This document shows positions 1-10,064 of a stretch of DNA of 64,000 bases, one piece after another; position 1 is the first letter of the stretch; each line of letters starts with the position of its first letter. The stretch covers positions 186,001 through 250,000 of the IMG/VR virus record IMGVR_UViG_3300028654_000001, one strand, 5' to 3'. Position numbers and translations under genes: made by a program. The notes under the pieces were generated by a model. The model saw nothing but the letters and a program-made list of their open reading frames with translations. It did not search any database and was not told the DNA's origin.

Positions 1-6
1 GTTCAG

Positions 7-327
7 GTGGGTAGTGTGGTGATCCATCAGGATAATCGGGGGGAGCATATCGCGATCCTACTCGACCTGGATGCTCAGTACGCGATGGCACTATTCTTCA
101 GCTCAGTGGCCTATGGGCTTTGCTCCCGTGAGGCCGCTCTTGAAGAATTAGCTTTAGCCGGATTCGTTTATACCAAGCAGACCTTCTTGTGCTTGGTTCA
201 CCGCCAGGCCAATGAGTTCTACCCTCACCAGGGGCTTGAGTTCCCAGCTCATAGAGTTCAAGCTCTCCGAAAGGAATTCGGGATTGACCGAGAGGCAATC
301 AGTGGGGTTAGGCCTCTTCAGCCTTGA
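7..327 (+). CDS. hypothetical protein (possibly 5'-truncated by the window edge)
   Basis: Frame is open from base 1; its stop overlaps the stop of the convergent gene. Confidence 0.5.
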   Translation: MGSVVIHQDNRGEHIAILLDLDAQYAMALFFSSVAYGLCSREAALEELALAGFVYTKQTFLCLVHRQANEFYPHQGLEFPAHRVQALRKEFGIDREAISGVRPLQP

Positions 328-913
328 TGCGTGCTAAGTAGGCCGCGGCATTCTCAGGGGGTTCAGCTTCGTGGCTCTCGGAGATTACCTTCTTAGCCAT
401 AATGAGGGCCTCATTTTGGGTATCATATGGGATATCATCCCATAATGAGGTTCCGTCAATCTCATCAACGGTCTGAATGTAGATCTTACCTTGGTCATCG
501 TGGACAAGCCGTACTTCAACGTCAATGGCCGCTGGGTGTCCCTGATCTATCTGTTCTTGGTTGCAAGCATAAACGTAAGACCCAACTGTCGACCATTCAC
601 TCTCGATGATGACGGGTTCAGAGCCCTCTTCCTCAATAGTCTCCTCTTGGTACTCTAGGCTGGACTCTGGGACGAACAGACCCCGTTGCGGGCCGTTGTC
701 GGTCTCTATGGTTTCCTCCAGTTCAACAACATAGAACCAGAGGGGTACCAGGAACTGGATACCGAGAACGGTTCCAGGAAATAGTTGCCCTCCGTTGATA
801 ACATTCACGGGCTCATCAATTTCAAACTTTGGGTCGGCCATTAAATCCATATTACGAATGAGGAGGAAGCATCTCAACCACTTTTTGATCTTTGATCGCG
901 TTTTCGTCTCCAA
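308..913 (-). CDS. hypothetical acidic protein
   Basis: 201-aa ORF; true start probably Met at 850 or 841, after the 874 stop of the upstream gene. Confidence 0.7.
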   Translation of the reverse strand: METKTRSKIKKWLRCFLLIRNMDLMADPKFEIDEPVNVINGGQLFPGTVLGIQFLVPLWFYVVELEETIETDNGPQRGLFVPESSLEYQEETIEEEGSEPVIIESEWSTVGSYVYACNQEQIDQGHPAAIDVEVRLVHDDQGKIYIQTVDEIDGTSLWDDIPYDTQNEALIMAKKVISESHEAEPPENAAAYLARIKAEEA

Positions 914-1077
914 GGACTAATGTCAATGAAGGGCCAAAGTGGTATGGCCCCCTCTTCAATACCAACCCTCTCCGCGAATATGCAAGCATTCTCAGAGTAT
1001 ACTTCGTTCACAACCCTTGAAAACTTAGTGTTATCACTGCGTTGGAAGTTAATCTTGAAGGTTCTTATCCTCAACAT
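874..1077 (-). CDS. hypothetical protein
   Basis: Start overlaps the stop of 1071..1292. Confidence 0.5.
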   Translation of the reverse strand: MLRIRTFKINFQRSDNTKFSRVVNEVYSENACIFAERVGIEEGAIPLWPFIDISPWRRKRDQRSKSG

Positions 1078-1292
1078 TTGACAATCCTAGAGAATACAAA
1101 TCCGTCGGTTGATTCTGACAGTAGGAGCTTTTGACCAACAACCAGCTCAGGGTACTTCCGAACATCATCCTCAGTTATGGTGAAACTATATACATTATCC
1201 TCTTGGTTATCGGCTAAGCCCTGAAGGGCTCTGTCCCAAAATTCTGGGACATACCCTGGCTCACCTTCGAACTTACCTGACTCGCTACTCAT
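1071..1292 (-). CDS. hypothetical protein
   Basis: 73-aa ORF in a coupled minus-strand run. Confidence 0.65.
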   Translation of the reverse strand: MSSESGKFEGEPGYVPEFWDRALQGLADNQEDNVYSFTITEDDVRKYPELVVGQKLLLSESTDGFVFSRIVKC

Positions 1293-1372
1293 TTCTAGCT
1301 CCTACCCAAGTATTACGTGTAGAAGATACTTTTCTCAACATTTTTCTCAACTTACCGGTGTTATGAGACACC

Positions 1373-1603
1373 ATGGCTGACCTAGACGATGACGAAGATG
1401 TGGTACTCAAGGTTGGTGATCGGGTAAACCTCAACACAGAGGAGGGTCCCGATATGGTGGTCTCCAAAATAGAGATTGTTAATGGAGTATCAGCAGTATC
1501 CTGTATTTGGTTTGAAGATCATAGACCTGGCGGGAATGAGAGCCCAATCTGGGTTCTAAAAAAAGAAGTCTTCCCTCTTGAGGTATTGAGTATCCTAGAT
1601 TAG
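1373..1603 (+). CDS. DUF2158/YodC-like small beta-barrel protein
   Basis: LKVGDRVxL..GPDMVV..CIWF..EVFP.EVL pattern; GGTGTT variant motif upstream. Confidence 0.7.
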   Translation: MADLDDDEDVVLKVGDRVNLNTEEGPDMVVSKIEIVNGVSAVSCIWFEDHRPGGNESPIWVLKKEVFPLEVLSILD

Positions 1604-1945
1604 TTAGGGTTTCCATCCTTTCGGCGGTTTCCACCCGGCGGCGAGCGCTGTCTTAGCTACAGCCTTGATCCTTGTGAGAGCTGTTCGAGCCCCTGATTGA
1701 CTCTCCCACCAGAAACCGGTAGAATCATGGCCTTGAGTGTCCTGATCTCCTTCTTTGATGACCTGGAAACCGGCCTTCTCATAGGCCCAGTATTCACGGG
1801 AGTCTTGATCCTTCGGGACCTTATTAGAGGGCTCCCTCTTTGATTGACCAAGAAAACCTCCTGTATCAAATATATCATCATCCAATTGCCATTGGATTCG
1901 GAACTCTGCCTGTCGGTCCTCAACAACAACTAACTTATCAGCCAT
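1604..1945 (-). CDS. hypothetical protein
   Basis: 113-aa ORF; CGTGTA variant motif upstream. Confidence 0.7.
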   Translation of the reverse strand: MADKLVVVEDRQAEFRIQWQLDDDIFDTGGFLGQSKREPSNKVPKDQDSREYWAYEKAGFQVIKEGDQDTQGHDSTGFWWESQSGARTALTRIKAVAKTALAAGWKPPKGWKP

Positions 1946-1985
1946 AACCAGTATTACACGCTAGAAGCACGATCCCCACCAAAGT

Positions 1986-2306
1986 TTGCCAATAAAGTGT
2001 ACTACTCATATAGTCAGTATGTCAAATCGGGAAAAGCTAGGCAAGGTTTGGTACAAGAGAGGGCGGGTTCTCAAGGAGAAGGACCTCAAGGACGGTCTCG
2101 TCATTTGGGCCAACCTTCACCTCTACAATCCGTACAACCCAGGCTTCAACTGTCCCATTGCCCTCCTATGGCACCAGAGACCCGGGGGCGGTTTCTGGAT
2201 TCTTGGCAACTTAGACTACGACTACGAGCCCATAGGGGACTCAGAAGAGGACTGTCACGTCGTGTTCCCCGAGGGGGAGCTGACCCTTTTCGAAGCGGTC
2301 AGATAG
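1986..2306 (+). CDS. hypothetical protein
   Basis: Protein-like ORF; likely start at Met 2019. Confidence 0.6.
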   Translation: MPIKCTTHIVSMSNREKLGKVWYKRGRVLKEKDLKDGLVIWANLHLYNPYNPGFNCPIALLWHQRPGGGFWILGNLDYDYEPIGDSEEDCHVVFPEGELTLFEAVR

Positions 2307-2793
2307 CCTTTTTAGAACCATCCAGGTTGAGGGGCAGGTTCTTCTGCTCTGGAGTGTAGCTCCCGAGAGAGCTGCAGAACCGTTCAGCCTTTCGAAGGTT
2401 GTCGTTCAGGTCAGCCAACTCACGTTCTGTTTGCTTAACCCAAGAGAGCCTTAGATTAGACTCCTCTCTCAAGTTATTGGATACTTTACTAAATAAGTCT
2501 GCCACCACACTCGAGTAAACCTTGCCTGTTGTGGCTACTATCATCAGGTCTTCTCTAGTGGGACTCCAGAACTTCAGAGTCAGTTCCCAACAGTTTTGCT
2601 CCCTATCCCGCTTGGTGGTGAGCTGTGGGTATCTCCACTTGCGGTCATCTGGATTAGAAAGCATGTCCACCTGCCGGCTGAGAACCTCCAAAATACGATA
2701 AATAGCCTCTACCGAGGACTCTGCCCCGGGTAGGGTGTCTCGAAATAAATCCCAATACTCTTCAATGCTTTGCTCTTCTTTCGCTTCGTGCAT
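2299..2793 (-). CDS. hypothetical protein with N-terminal IEEYWD motif and C-terminal coiled coil
   Basis: Start moved to 2793: GGTGTA (TACACC 2804-2809) lies 10 nt upstream. Confidence 0.7.
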   Translation of the reverse strand: MHEAKEEQSIEEYWDLFRDTLPGAESSVEAIYRILEVLSRQVDMLSNPDDRKWRYPQLTTKRDREQNCWELTLKFWSPTREDLMIVATTGKVYSSVVADLFSKVSNNLREESNLRLSWVKQTERELADLNDNLRKAERFCSSLGSYTPEQKNLPLNLDGSKKAI

Positions 2794-2859
2794 TTGAGTA
2801 TAATACACCAAAAGCCTATTGAAATTAGGTTGGATTGGTGTCTACTATTGATTATTACG

Positions 2860-3063
2860 ATGAAAGACCCTGGTAACCCTGACTTACTGCAGATGCATGT
2901 ACGGTACCAGTCAGCTTTGAGTGCCTATAAGGCGGCAAAAAGTGTGTTCAGATTAGCTAGGAAGGAGTTAAAATATTCTAGAATCTCTGAGTTGCGAGTT
3001 AAGAGAAAAGCGGCCAAGCGGAATCTTAGAAAAAGTACTGAGAACAGAGAACCTCATACGTAG
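2860..3063 (+). CDS. small basic hypothetical protein
   Basis: Lys/Arg-rich helical ORF from Met 2860. Confidence 0.45.
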   Translation: MKDPGNPDLLQMHVRYQSALSAYKAAKSVFRLARKELKYSRISELRVKRKAAKRNLRKSTENREPHT

Positions 3064-3074
3064 TAGTTAATGAC

Positions 3075-3566
3075 ATGGAAAACTCAAGCCTAAGACAAAC
3101 TAACCCCAATGCAGAACGCAACCCCTTGAACCATCAACCTGATGAATCGGGTATTGCCCAAGTTAGTATTGATGCAAGGGAAACAGTTCCTCCAACAACA
3201 ACCTCGAGGCTTCTAGCTCATGTTGAAGCTCTTCGATTACAGCAGAAGATGGTGGGGAACTTCATTGGAAGAACTCTTATGAAGAGTGTCCGGATTAATC
3301 CAGACTCTTGGAGCTTTGACCTTGTCCTCACACACCTTGATAAACCAGAAATCATCGAAGAGGTGGCTCAACTCATCGAAGCAGATCCTGGTAAGGTATC
3401 CATTCACATCTCACTGTGCTACGGAAGGTTCTTCCACGGCATCTTCGTTGACGGACATATCCAACGCAGTAAGGCTGCCAAGAAAACTCTCCAGACCATA
3501 CCCTGGTCCTACTTAGTCCAGACGATGATCGAAGAGCCGGAGGATACTACTTCGATCCTAGAGTAG
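3075..3566 (+). CDS. hypothetical protein
   Basis: 163-aa ORF. Confidence 0.7.
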   Translation: MENSSLRQTNPNAERNPLNHQPDESGIAQVSIDARETVPPTTTSRLLAHVEALRLQQKMVGNFIGRTLMKSVRINPDSWSFDLVLTHLDKPEIIEEVAQLIEADPGKVSIHISLCYGRFFHGIFVDGHIQRSKAAKKTLQTIPWSYLVQTMIEEPEDTTSILE

Positions 3567-3606
3567 ATCTGAGAGTGTATCTAAAGGGGCCTCTACAAGG
3601 TAACCT

Positions 3607-3948
3607 GTGAAAGACCGATTCGCGGCGGTAGCCGCAGTAACCAGGGCTCTGCTAAAAGGACTAGTAGTTCAAACGGAATACTTCTCCGTTGACCCTAATA
3701 AAGTAGTCCACTGGACTGAGATTGGAGGTGAGATCCTTATTCAGGGGTATGACTCATTTGACATGGCCAGCTTTTTCATAGAAATGCTAGGGTCTGATCG
3801 TCCAGAGTTGGCCCAGATAGCTGCAAGCGAAGCCCTAGAAGGAACAGCCCCCACGTATAAGCGTCCTGAGATTATCCACAACTCAGACCCCAATGAACTG
3901 TTTGAAGAGCCCTCAATCGAAAATATTCGGGTAAGAACTTTCCGATAG
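3607..3948 (+). CDS. hypothetical protein
   Basis: 113-aa ORF, GTG start. Confidence 0.65.
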   Translation: MKDRFAAVAAVTRALLKGLVVQTEYFSVDPNKVVHWTEIGGEILIQGYDSFDMASFFIEMLGSDRPELAQIAASEALEGTAPTYKRPEIIHNSDPNELFEEPSIENIRVRTFR

Positions 3949-3987
3949 TAGCCCTCCAACACTAAGAGTTCACATCAATCACTGAGT

Positions 3988-4560
3988 ATGAGAACCTATC
4001 TCTCAATTGACCTAGACTTCTGGAATGACCTGAATGCAGCTGAGATAACCCTCTCCAGGCTCTTACTTCGGCGCGGAGATATCCCCGCTATAGCTGTGAT
4101 GAATCACCAACAACTACTCCAGAGTATCAACAGGTCTGGTGCAGACTTCCTAGTGAATGTTGACGAACATTCAGATCTGACCAATACCGATGTCAATATC
4201 TTCACATGCGGAACTTGGGTCTCTTACGTGAAGTGGAGAACCCAGGGGCAGTACCTTTGGGTTCGGAATCAACAGGGTACCAACCATGGGAACTGCAACC
4301 ATGGGCAAAAGTCCTGGAACACAGGTTCTGATTGGTACAGTACCAATACAATCTTTGCAACTCAGGAAGTGGATCTCCGTCAATACCTCAAAGACTGTGT
4401 TGGGATCGGTCTGTGTTTGAGCCCGTCATTCTGCGTATTCGGTGCAGAAGACTTGTTCAAGATGCTTGTTAAAGCATTCCACATCCCCTATAGGAAAGGG
4501 CAGGCTAACGAATACAATAACCTCCAATACAGACGCCCTCCGGATATCACAGCAGCATAG
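3988..4560 (+). CDS. UPF0489-like (arginase/deacetylase-fold) protein
   Basis: LSIDLDFW, H, NVDEHSDL and SPxF motifs. Confidence 0.6.
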   Translation: MRTYLSIDLDFWNDLNAAEITLSRLLLRRGDIPAIAVMNHQQLLQSINRSGADFLVNVDEHSDLTNTDVNIFTCGTWVSYVKWRTQGQYLWVRNQQGTNHGNCNHGQKSWNTGSDWYSTNTIFATQEVDLRQYLKDCVGIGLCLSPSFCVFGAEDLFKMLVKAFHIPYRKGQANEYNNLQYRRPPDITAA

Positions 4561-4599
4561 GGCTTGATTTGTAACCCAGGTTCGGTGTAAAGGCTAGCC

Positions 4600-5298
4600 A
4601 TGCCTCAACCCCACGAGTATATCGCCTTTGCTCTTGATGTCCCTGATGCCAGTACGGCGGAGCGTTTCATTACGATCCTCGAGCCTTATGTGGGTGCCTT
4701 TAAGGTAGGTCTGGAATTATTCATAAATACCGGACGAACCTTCATGGAGTTGACCACCAACCCAATCATCCTGGACCTCAAGCTGAATGATATCCCAGAA
4801 ACAGTGGAGCGGGCGGTCAAGACCGGCGGAGACCGTGGTGTCAAGTTCATGACGATCCACGCCCAGCAGAGGAAGGCCCTGGAGAAGGCGGTTAAGGCGG
4901 CCGAACCCTTTGGGATCACACTCTTGATGGTCACCGTTCTTACTTCGATGTCCGAAGAGGACTACAAGGAGTTGGACTTCAACCCAAAGAACAACATCCA
5001 GAGCCGTGTCGGGAGCCTCGGTGCATTTGGGTATGATTGTGGCATACGAGGATTCGTTTGCTCTCCCCATGAAGTTAGGTCTCTGAGTCAGGTGATGCCT
5101 GGAGCCTTTTACCTCGTACCTGGGGTTCGCCCAGTAGGATCCTCAGTAGGTGATCAAAAGCGTGTCGGGACGCCCTCTCAAGCTGTCCTTGACGGAGCTA
5201 AGCTGATCGTTATCGGTCGACCCATTCGAGATGCCCAAGATCCGAAAGCTGCTGCTCAAGCTATTGCCGAAGAGATTCGAATCGGAACTGCTCACTAG
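4600..5298 (+). CDS. pyrF: orotidine 5'-phosphate decarboxylase
   Basis: ALD, KVGLEL, DLKLNDIPETV, VTVLTS, VPGVRP, DQKR, VIGRPI motifs. Confidence 0.96.
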   Translation: MPQPHEYIAFALDVPDASTAERFITILEPYVGAFKVGLELFINTGRTFMELTTNPIILDLKLNDIPETVERAVKTGGDRGVKFMTIHAQQRKALEKAVKAAEPFGITLLMVTVLTSMSEEDYKELDFNPKNNIQSRVGSLGAFGYDCGIRGFVCSPHEVRSLSQVMPGAFYLVPGVRPVGSSVGDQKRVGTPSQAVLDGAKLIVIGRPIRDAQDPKAAAQAIAEEIRIGTAH

Positions 5299-5606
5299 TT
5301 GTTGGTATTGTCCATAATCCTAATCAGAATTTGATTAATCCGAACAAGAATGTCATTGCTAAGCTCATTCTTAGGGAGTTTGCACATGACCTGCATTATA
5401 AGGCGAGGTAACCCAGTCTTCCCTCTCTTGTGGAGGGATACTGCGAAATGATTAGCTTCATCATTGACTACTGATCTACAGATCTCCTCTAGTTGGAAGT
5501 CTGCTATCATGTAATGGCCTCTCGTATCTGCTTGCGCATACATTCCTCCGGGGTAATCCCATCCCTCGGAGTATCCCAGAATTCTGGGAACCCTGTATGA
5601 TTCCAC
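5295..5606 (-). CDS. hypothetical protein
   Basis: 103-aa ORF convergent with pyrF. Confidence 0.5.
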   Translation of the reverse strand: MESYRVPRILGYSEGWDYPGGMYAQADTRGHYMIADFQLEEICRSVVNDEANHFAVSLHKRGKTGLPRLIMQVMCKLPKNELSNDILVRINQILIRIMDNTNN

Positions 5607-5657
5607 AATAGATACCCAGCACTAGCATCGTCTAGGTGTTTGCCAAGCTTGGCAGCT

Positions 5658-6329
5658 TCATCCTTGACCGCTTCGAGCCATGTCATGATCCATTTCTACA
5701 CCGGGTAGCTCCCACGGTGCATACCCGTCGGTGAACTCGAGGTAGGGATCTGGAACCTTGATGCCTGGGTCATGAATGCCTTCAGACTTAATGTAGTAAT
5801 CCATGAACTTCCAGAAGTGGATACTGACTTGCTTTTTATCTAGTTGGCAGATCAACTTCCCTGGCTCATGCCCAACAACATCAAGGAGGGTTCCTGGGGG
5901 TAGACTAATGTCCTCACGATAATCAAAGCCCTGTCCTCGGCGCTCTTCATCCTGGTTGATGATGAACTCCTCCAACTTTCTGATCATCTGAACCTGTTTA
6001 CCCACTGCCTTGGAGAAAGCTATGTCGAGCTCGATGTCTCGAGCCCACTTGGGGAGAACCTTCTCAACCTCAGCATAGGCGGCGGCAATAGCTTCAACCC
6101 TACTCGGTGCAGTCACCCGAATACAACAATCCGTCTCCTCGTGCTCACCCCCTGGGTAGTCTTCCAAAGGGTGCACGTTGATCTCGATGGTCGCTCGAAA
6201 CTCATCGTCATTCCAGTTGGCACCAATCCCATAACCCAGAGTCTCCTCGAGGTGGTACGAAGTAAGACCCCTTCTGACGGGATTTAACAGATCTCGAATA
6301 CGCTTTCTGGCTTCAATAATATCTTGCAT
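5658..6329 (-). CDS. hypothetical protein
   Basis: 223-aa ORF. Confidence 0.75.
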   Translation of the reverse strand: MQDIIEARKRIRDLLNPVRRGLTSYHLEETLGYGIGANWNDDEFRATIEINVHPLEDYPGGEHEETDCCIRVTAPSRVEAIAAAYAEVEKVLPKWARDIELDIAFSKAVGKQVQMIRKLEEFIINQDEERRGQGFDYREDISLPPGTLLDVVGHEPGKLICQLDKKQVSIHFWKFMDYYIKSEGIHDPGIKVPDPYLEFTDGYAPWELPGVEMDHDMARSGQG

Positions 6330-6356
6330 CGGTCTTTTGGTGTATCACTGACCTAT

Positions 6357-6569
6357 ATGGAACGTCAAGACCGGGTTACTATTGTTGAAAAGGCCAAGTC
6401 AGTAGTTCAAATCCGTGAATTGATTCGAACGGGTTCTGACGAGGAGGGTAATCGACCATCCCCTCAAGTTCCTGAGTTTCGATATTCTTTCATTGTGTCT
6501 AGGTTAGATACCCGGTATGCTTCCAAAACTGAGTTCCAGCGGTTCGTGGGAAATAACCTCTCATGGTAA
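6357..6569 (+). CDS. hypothetical protein
   Basis: Start set at 6357: GGTGTA 6339-6344 lies 12 nt upstream. Confidence 0.55.
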   Translation: MERQDRVTIVEKAKSVVQIRELIRTGSDEEGNRPSPQVPEFRYSFIVSRLDTRYASKTEFQRFVGNNLSW

Positions 6570-7029
6570 AACCCAGGGTAACCTTACCAAGGTCTCTAGC
6601 TTGGCTGTCCCGTCTGATCTCGTAGTGACTGTTCCCAAAGCCATCTGGGCTTATTGGGTAGGTGAAGGGGATGCCGCTGAGGAGCCAGAGAGTGGAGAGG
6701 AGTGGGCCTTCTTCGTCGGTGGGGCCAAGCCATCGATTGAATCTGGGGGACGTCTCTACATCGTTGCCTGGGGCAAGCTGAGGGGTTACTCACCGGTGAC
6801 TCGAGTCATCCGTCGAGAGGGAAGGGGTTGGGGAATCTGCCGCAAGGGCGGGGCCGTAGCCTGCACCATCGAAGAGGCTATCCCAGGGTTTCGGGGTTAT
6901 CGAAAGCGGTGGTGGTCAAAGAGTTCCGAGGTTCCCTTCCCCAAGTGGCGCACCGAAGGTGTGGACAAGAAACAGATTGAGATCTTGTTCAAGGCCGAGC
7001 GGGCCACTACTCGAAACTCAAGGTTCTAA
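6517..7029 (+). CDS. hypothetical protein, possibly ASCH/PUA-like
   Basis: Trp/Gly-rich DLVVTVPK..GGRLYIV..GFRGYR; real start likely near 6601. Confidence 0.6.
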   Translation: MLPKLSSSGSWEITSHGKTQGNLTKVSSLAVPSDLVVTVPKAIWAYWVGEGDAAEEPESGEEWAFFVGGAKPSIESGGRLYIVAWGKLRGYSPVTRVIRREGRGWGICRKGGAVACTIEEAIPGFRGYRKRWWSKSSEVPFPKWRTEGVDKKQIEILFKAERATTRNSRF

Positions 7030-7178
7030 TCAGCGGGTAGTTGATGTCGATTCTCAAGTACGTTCGCGACTTTTGATCGTACTTGAATCTGATGTAGTAC
7101 ATGTCCTTGTAGGGTAACAAGGTGGCCTTCGACGACTACGAGAGTGTTAAGGGTCGGTACTTGAACGCAAGCGGGCAT
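7026..7178 (-). CDS. small hypothetical protein (50 aa, below the ORF-track cutoff)
   Basis: MPACVQVPTLNTLVVVEGH...; strong AAGGAGGAGG Shine-Dalgarno upstream of the ATG. Confidence 0.5.
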   Translation of the reverse strand: MPACVQVPTLNTLVVVEGHLVTLQGHVLHQIQVRSKVANVLENRHQLPAD

Positions 7179-7346
7179 AGAATCCTCCTCCTTAGGTACA
7201 CTTAGGAAAGGACTAGTTATTTCTTAGCTCTTAAGAGTCTCAAGTTGAGGACCGGAGAGCCTAATCTCTTGATTTTAGCCGTAATCTACACTATATGCTA
7301 CCCAGCGAAGTCTCAACACAGAAAGTTCTTTTGGTGTAATAGTGGT

Positions 7347-7889
7347 ATGTCCTACAACCGAGTCTACCTAGCAGGCCCGGACGTATTCTTCCCAGATGCG
7401 GCCGAACGAGCAGCCAGGTTGAAAGAAATGTGCAGCAAACGAGGCTTGGTTGGTGTGTTCCCCTTGGATTCTGGGGTTAAGTTGCTCCAACCCGTTGAGC
7501 GAGAAGATAATGGTTACATCATTGCTTTTGAAAACATTAAGCTTATCGAAAGCTGCTGGGCTGTTCTCGCTAACATGTCCCCATTTCGTGGTCCCTCAAT
7601 GGATGTTGGGACAGCCTTTGAAATGGGTTACGGTCGAGCTCTTCGCATGAATGTGGTTGGTTACACTGATTCGAAAACTGAGTATAAAACTCGAGTCAAA
7701 GAAGACGGCCTACTCATTGAAAACTTTGGAATGATCGACAACTTGATGGTTCACTCGGCGGTCGCTGGGGACATCTTCGAGAATGTCGAGGACGCTATTG
7801 AGTATCTGGGTCATCTATTCAATGATGGTGAACCCACACAACCCATCGACAGACATAGCTATGCTTTCCTGCTAGAGACTGATACCTAA
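7347..7889 (+). CDS. nucleoside 2-deoxyribosyltransferase family protein
   Basis: VYLAGPDVF, PFRGPSMDVGTAFEMGY, DNLM motifs; GGTGTA 8 nt before ATG 7347. Confidence 0.9.
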   Translation: MSYNRVYLAGPDVFFPDAAERAARLKEMCSKRGLVGVFPLDSGVKLLQPVEREDNGYIIAFENIKLIESCWAVLANMSPFRGPSMDVGTAFEMGYGRALRMNVVGYTDSKTEYKTRVKEDGLLIENFGMIDNLMVHSAVAGDIFENVEDAIEYLGHLFNDGEPTQPIDRHSYAFLLETDT

Positions 7890-7910
7890 CTTATAGCCAG
7901 GTAAGAGGGT

Positions 7911-8645
7911 ATGTCTTCAGATCTCGAACTAGTAGAGCGAGTCAAGCGACGCTTCTTGGCTCATCAAGATCGCGCTAGTCGACGTCTAATTCCATTCGAT
8001 ATACTCAAAGTAAGCGAGTTAGCCAGAGAGATTACAGAAGAAGCTCTTGACTACTTGGAGCATCGTATCGACCCTGGTTCAACTCTAGGTTCAAGTGTAC
8101 GACCTAATGCCATTTGTGCATCTAAAATCATCAACCTGAAGACTGTCAAAGGGGATGACGTTGACTTCCTAGTTCAGGTTAGAGTTGGAAAGACCGCTCA
8201 TGGCGATAAAGCTACTCACGGGTACTATGATCATAGAGACAACACCATCGTAATTTACCTATCACCTTGGTTGAACTCAGACGATCTAAATGAGACTCGT
8301 AAGTACGATATTGTGAATGAGAACAAGAGTGTACTCATTCATGAAGTGACCCATGCCCTCGATGTCATTGACAACTACAAAAAGGAAGAGGGCACTGCTT
8401 ATTACAACAACCCTCATGAGATACGAGCATTCACCAGACAGATTGTTGATGAAGCTAGTAGGGTGTTGAAGGGTCTTCGCCTCACCTCACGAGCACTGAA
8501 GAGGCCTATGCCTCAAGGGTCTAAACTAGTAGAAGCGCTACTTGATGGATCAAAGACGTGGCGTGAGATTAAGAATAACTTGAACGACGCTAGCAACAAG
8601 TACATTCGTCAAGTGCTCGTCAATGAACTAGACCTCGTGGTGTAA
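7911..8645 (+). CDS. zincin-like metallopeptidase with N-terminal RVxxRF motif
   Basis: LIHEVTHALD (HExxH) and downstream YYNNPHEIRA. Confidence 0.7.
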   Translation: MSSDLELVERVKRRFLAHQDRASRRLIPFDILKVSELAREITEEALDYLEHRIDPGSTLGSSVRPNAICASKIINLKTVKGDDVDFLVQVRVGKTAHGDKATHGYYDHRDNTIVIYLSPWLNSDDLNETRKYDIVNENKSVLIHEVTHALDVIDNYKKEEGTAYYNNPHEIRAFTRQIVDEASRVLKGLRLTSRALKRPMPQGSKLVEALLDGSKTWREIKNNLNDASNKYIRQVLVNELDLVV

Positions 8646-8653
8646 CCATAAGG

Positions 8654-9286
8654 ATGACGAGATACGGTGACTGGTCTCAGACCCTGACGGGTCGTCGATT
8701 CTATGTGTTTGACCCTCACCCGGATGACATCTTCATTGAGGACATTGCAGGATCAAGCTCTAAGATATGTCGTTTTAACGGTCACTCAACAGTTTTCTAC
8801 TCTGTGGCTCAGCATTGCGTTGTTGGTAGTTATATTATCGAAGAACGAACCAAGAACTTGCTGCTAGCCTTTGGGTTCTTGCTCCATGACTCAGGGGAGC
8901 CTTACGTTGGAGACATGACCCGACCTCTGAAGCTGATGCCAGAGATGGAAGCTTACCGGAATGCCGAACACAATATCAACCAAGTCCTAGCAAAGAAGTT
9001 CAAGGTTGATCTAACAGATCCTATCATCAAAGAAGTAGATGATGAGATGCTTGCCACTGAGCGAAAATACTTCATGGTTCCACTTGAAGGGTGGCACCTA
9101 AGGCGAGAACCACTGGACATCAAACTCAAACCGTGGACTTGGCAGAAATCTCAACGAGAGTACCTCAATCGATACTACGAGCTGTGTCTCCGATTGGATG
9201 GGTTCCCCAAGGTGGCCACCACCATTCTCAAGCACACTAAGTTGCTTAAGCTGTCAAACATAGCCTTCTCGTCAAGGAGTGGTTGA
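8654..9286 (+). CDS. HD-domain 5'-deoxynucleotidase (YfbR/YfdR-like)
   Basis: CRFNGH, YSVAQH, LLHDSGEPYVGD, D..MLATE motifs. Confidence 0.88.
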   Translation: MTRYGDWSQTLTGRRFYVFDPHPDDIFIEDIAGSSSKICRFNGHSTVFYSVAQHCVVGSYIIEERTKNLLLAFGFLLHDSGEPYVGDMTRPLKLMPEMEAYRNAEHNINQVLAKKFKVDLTDPIIKEVDDEMLATERKYFMVPLEGWHLRREPLDIKLKPWTWQKSQREYLNRYYELCLRLDGFPKVATTILKHTKLLKLSNIAFSSRSG

Positions 9287-9516
9287 TGTCAAAAGCTTCT
9301 CGTAACAAGAAAGTTGCGTCTGTAAAGACGGTAGGCACTAACGATGTGGGGCTGAAGAAGATTAGTCAGATTGAGTTCCCACAGGCGTGGTTGGAAGCTC
9401 GAGACCGTGATCCTAGTCTACCAGAGACACCCCCGGATGGGATACCAGAGGAGGCCAAGCGGGTCATAACCATTCTTGTTCGCCAAGTGCTCAAACTGGA
9501 ATACGAATGGTCATAG
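9283..9516 (+). CDS. hypothetical protein
   Basis: Start overlaps the stop of the HD gene. Confidence 0.55.
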   Translation: MMSKASRNKKVASVKTVGTNDVGLKKISQIEFPQAWLEARDRDPSLPETPPDGIPEEAKRVITILVRQVLKLEYEWS

Positions 9517-9858
9517 GGGGCTCTTGAGAACTCTCATAATCAAGGATTCAAGGTCTTTGATATGGAACGGCTTTTCTAGTATGAATGGAAAACCCTTTTT
9601 CCCTGCCCAACCTGTTGTCAGAATAAATAGGTTCGTCAACTCAGGGTGATTCGTCTTGATCCAATCATAGAGGGAATCTGCATTCCCATCTGGCAGGCTG
9701 TAATCAGAGATAACTAAGTCGAAAGACTCCGTACTCAGCACTGTCTTAGTTTCAAGCAAGGAGCCAGTACTTCGCACTTCAAAACCATCCGCAGATAGGA
9801 TGGTTGTGAATAACCTCCGAACAACCGGCTCATCTTCGACTAAAAGTATGCGGGTCAC
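9511..9858 (-). CDS. single-domain response regulator (REC/CheY-like)
   Basis: ILLVEDE, DLVISD (phospho-Asp), LPDG, TG and KPF motifs. Confidence 0.9.
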   Translation of the reverse strand: MTRILLVEDEPVVRRLFTTILSADGFEVRSTGSLLETKTVLSTESFDLVISDYSLPDGNADSLYDWIKTNHPELTNLFILTTGWAGKKGFPFILEKPFHIKDLESLIMRVLKSPL

Positions 9859-9944
9859 TCTCTCATATTTTAGAAGTTGTTTAAGGTGGTTAATGTTACA
9901 CTAGGCCACCAATTCATCAGTGTATTCATAACGGTAGGTTAATC

Positions 9945-10064
9945 GTGGAAGTTCCTGAGAAAGTAGTTTCAATTTGCAGAAGACTCGTACGAGCTGGCCA
10001 TCAAGGTTGGCTTGTAGGGGGTGCAGTGCGTGACTCCATCATGGGGGGGCCAAATCTACGATAG
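9945..10064 (+). pseudogene. 5' remnant of a second CCA-adding enzyme gene
   Basis: Translates VEVPEKVVSICRRLVRAGHQGWLVGGAVRDSIMGG then stops; parallels MKVPEKVHLICSTLKQAGFEAWVVGGAVRDSLLG at 11441. Confidence 0.8.

Noticed and set aside
4584-4589. GGTGTA as an ordinary Shine-Dalgarno
   Set aside because: Only GGTG matches the usual anti-SD, the TA is invariant, and genes with a classical AGGAG occur separately; a non-canonical translation role is not excluded.
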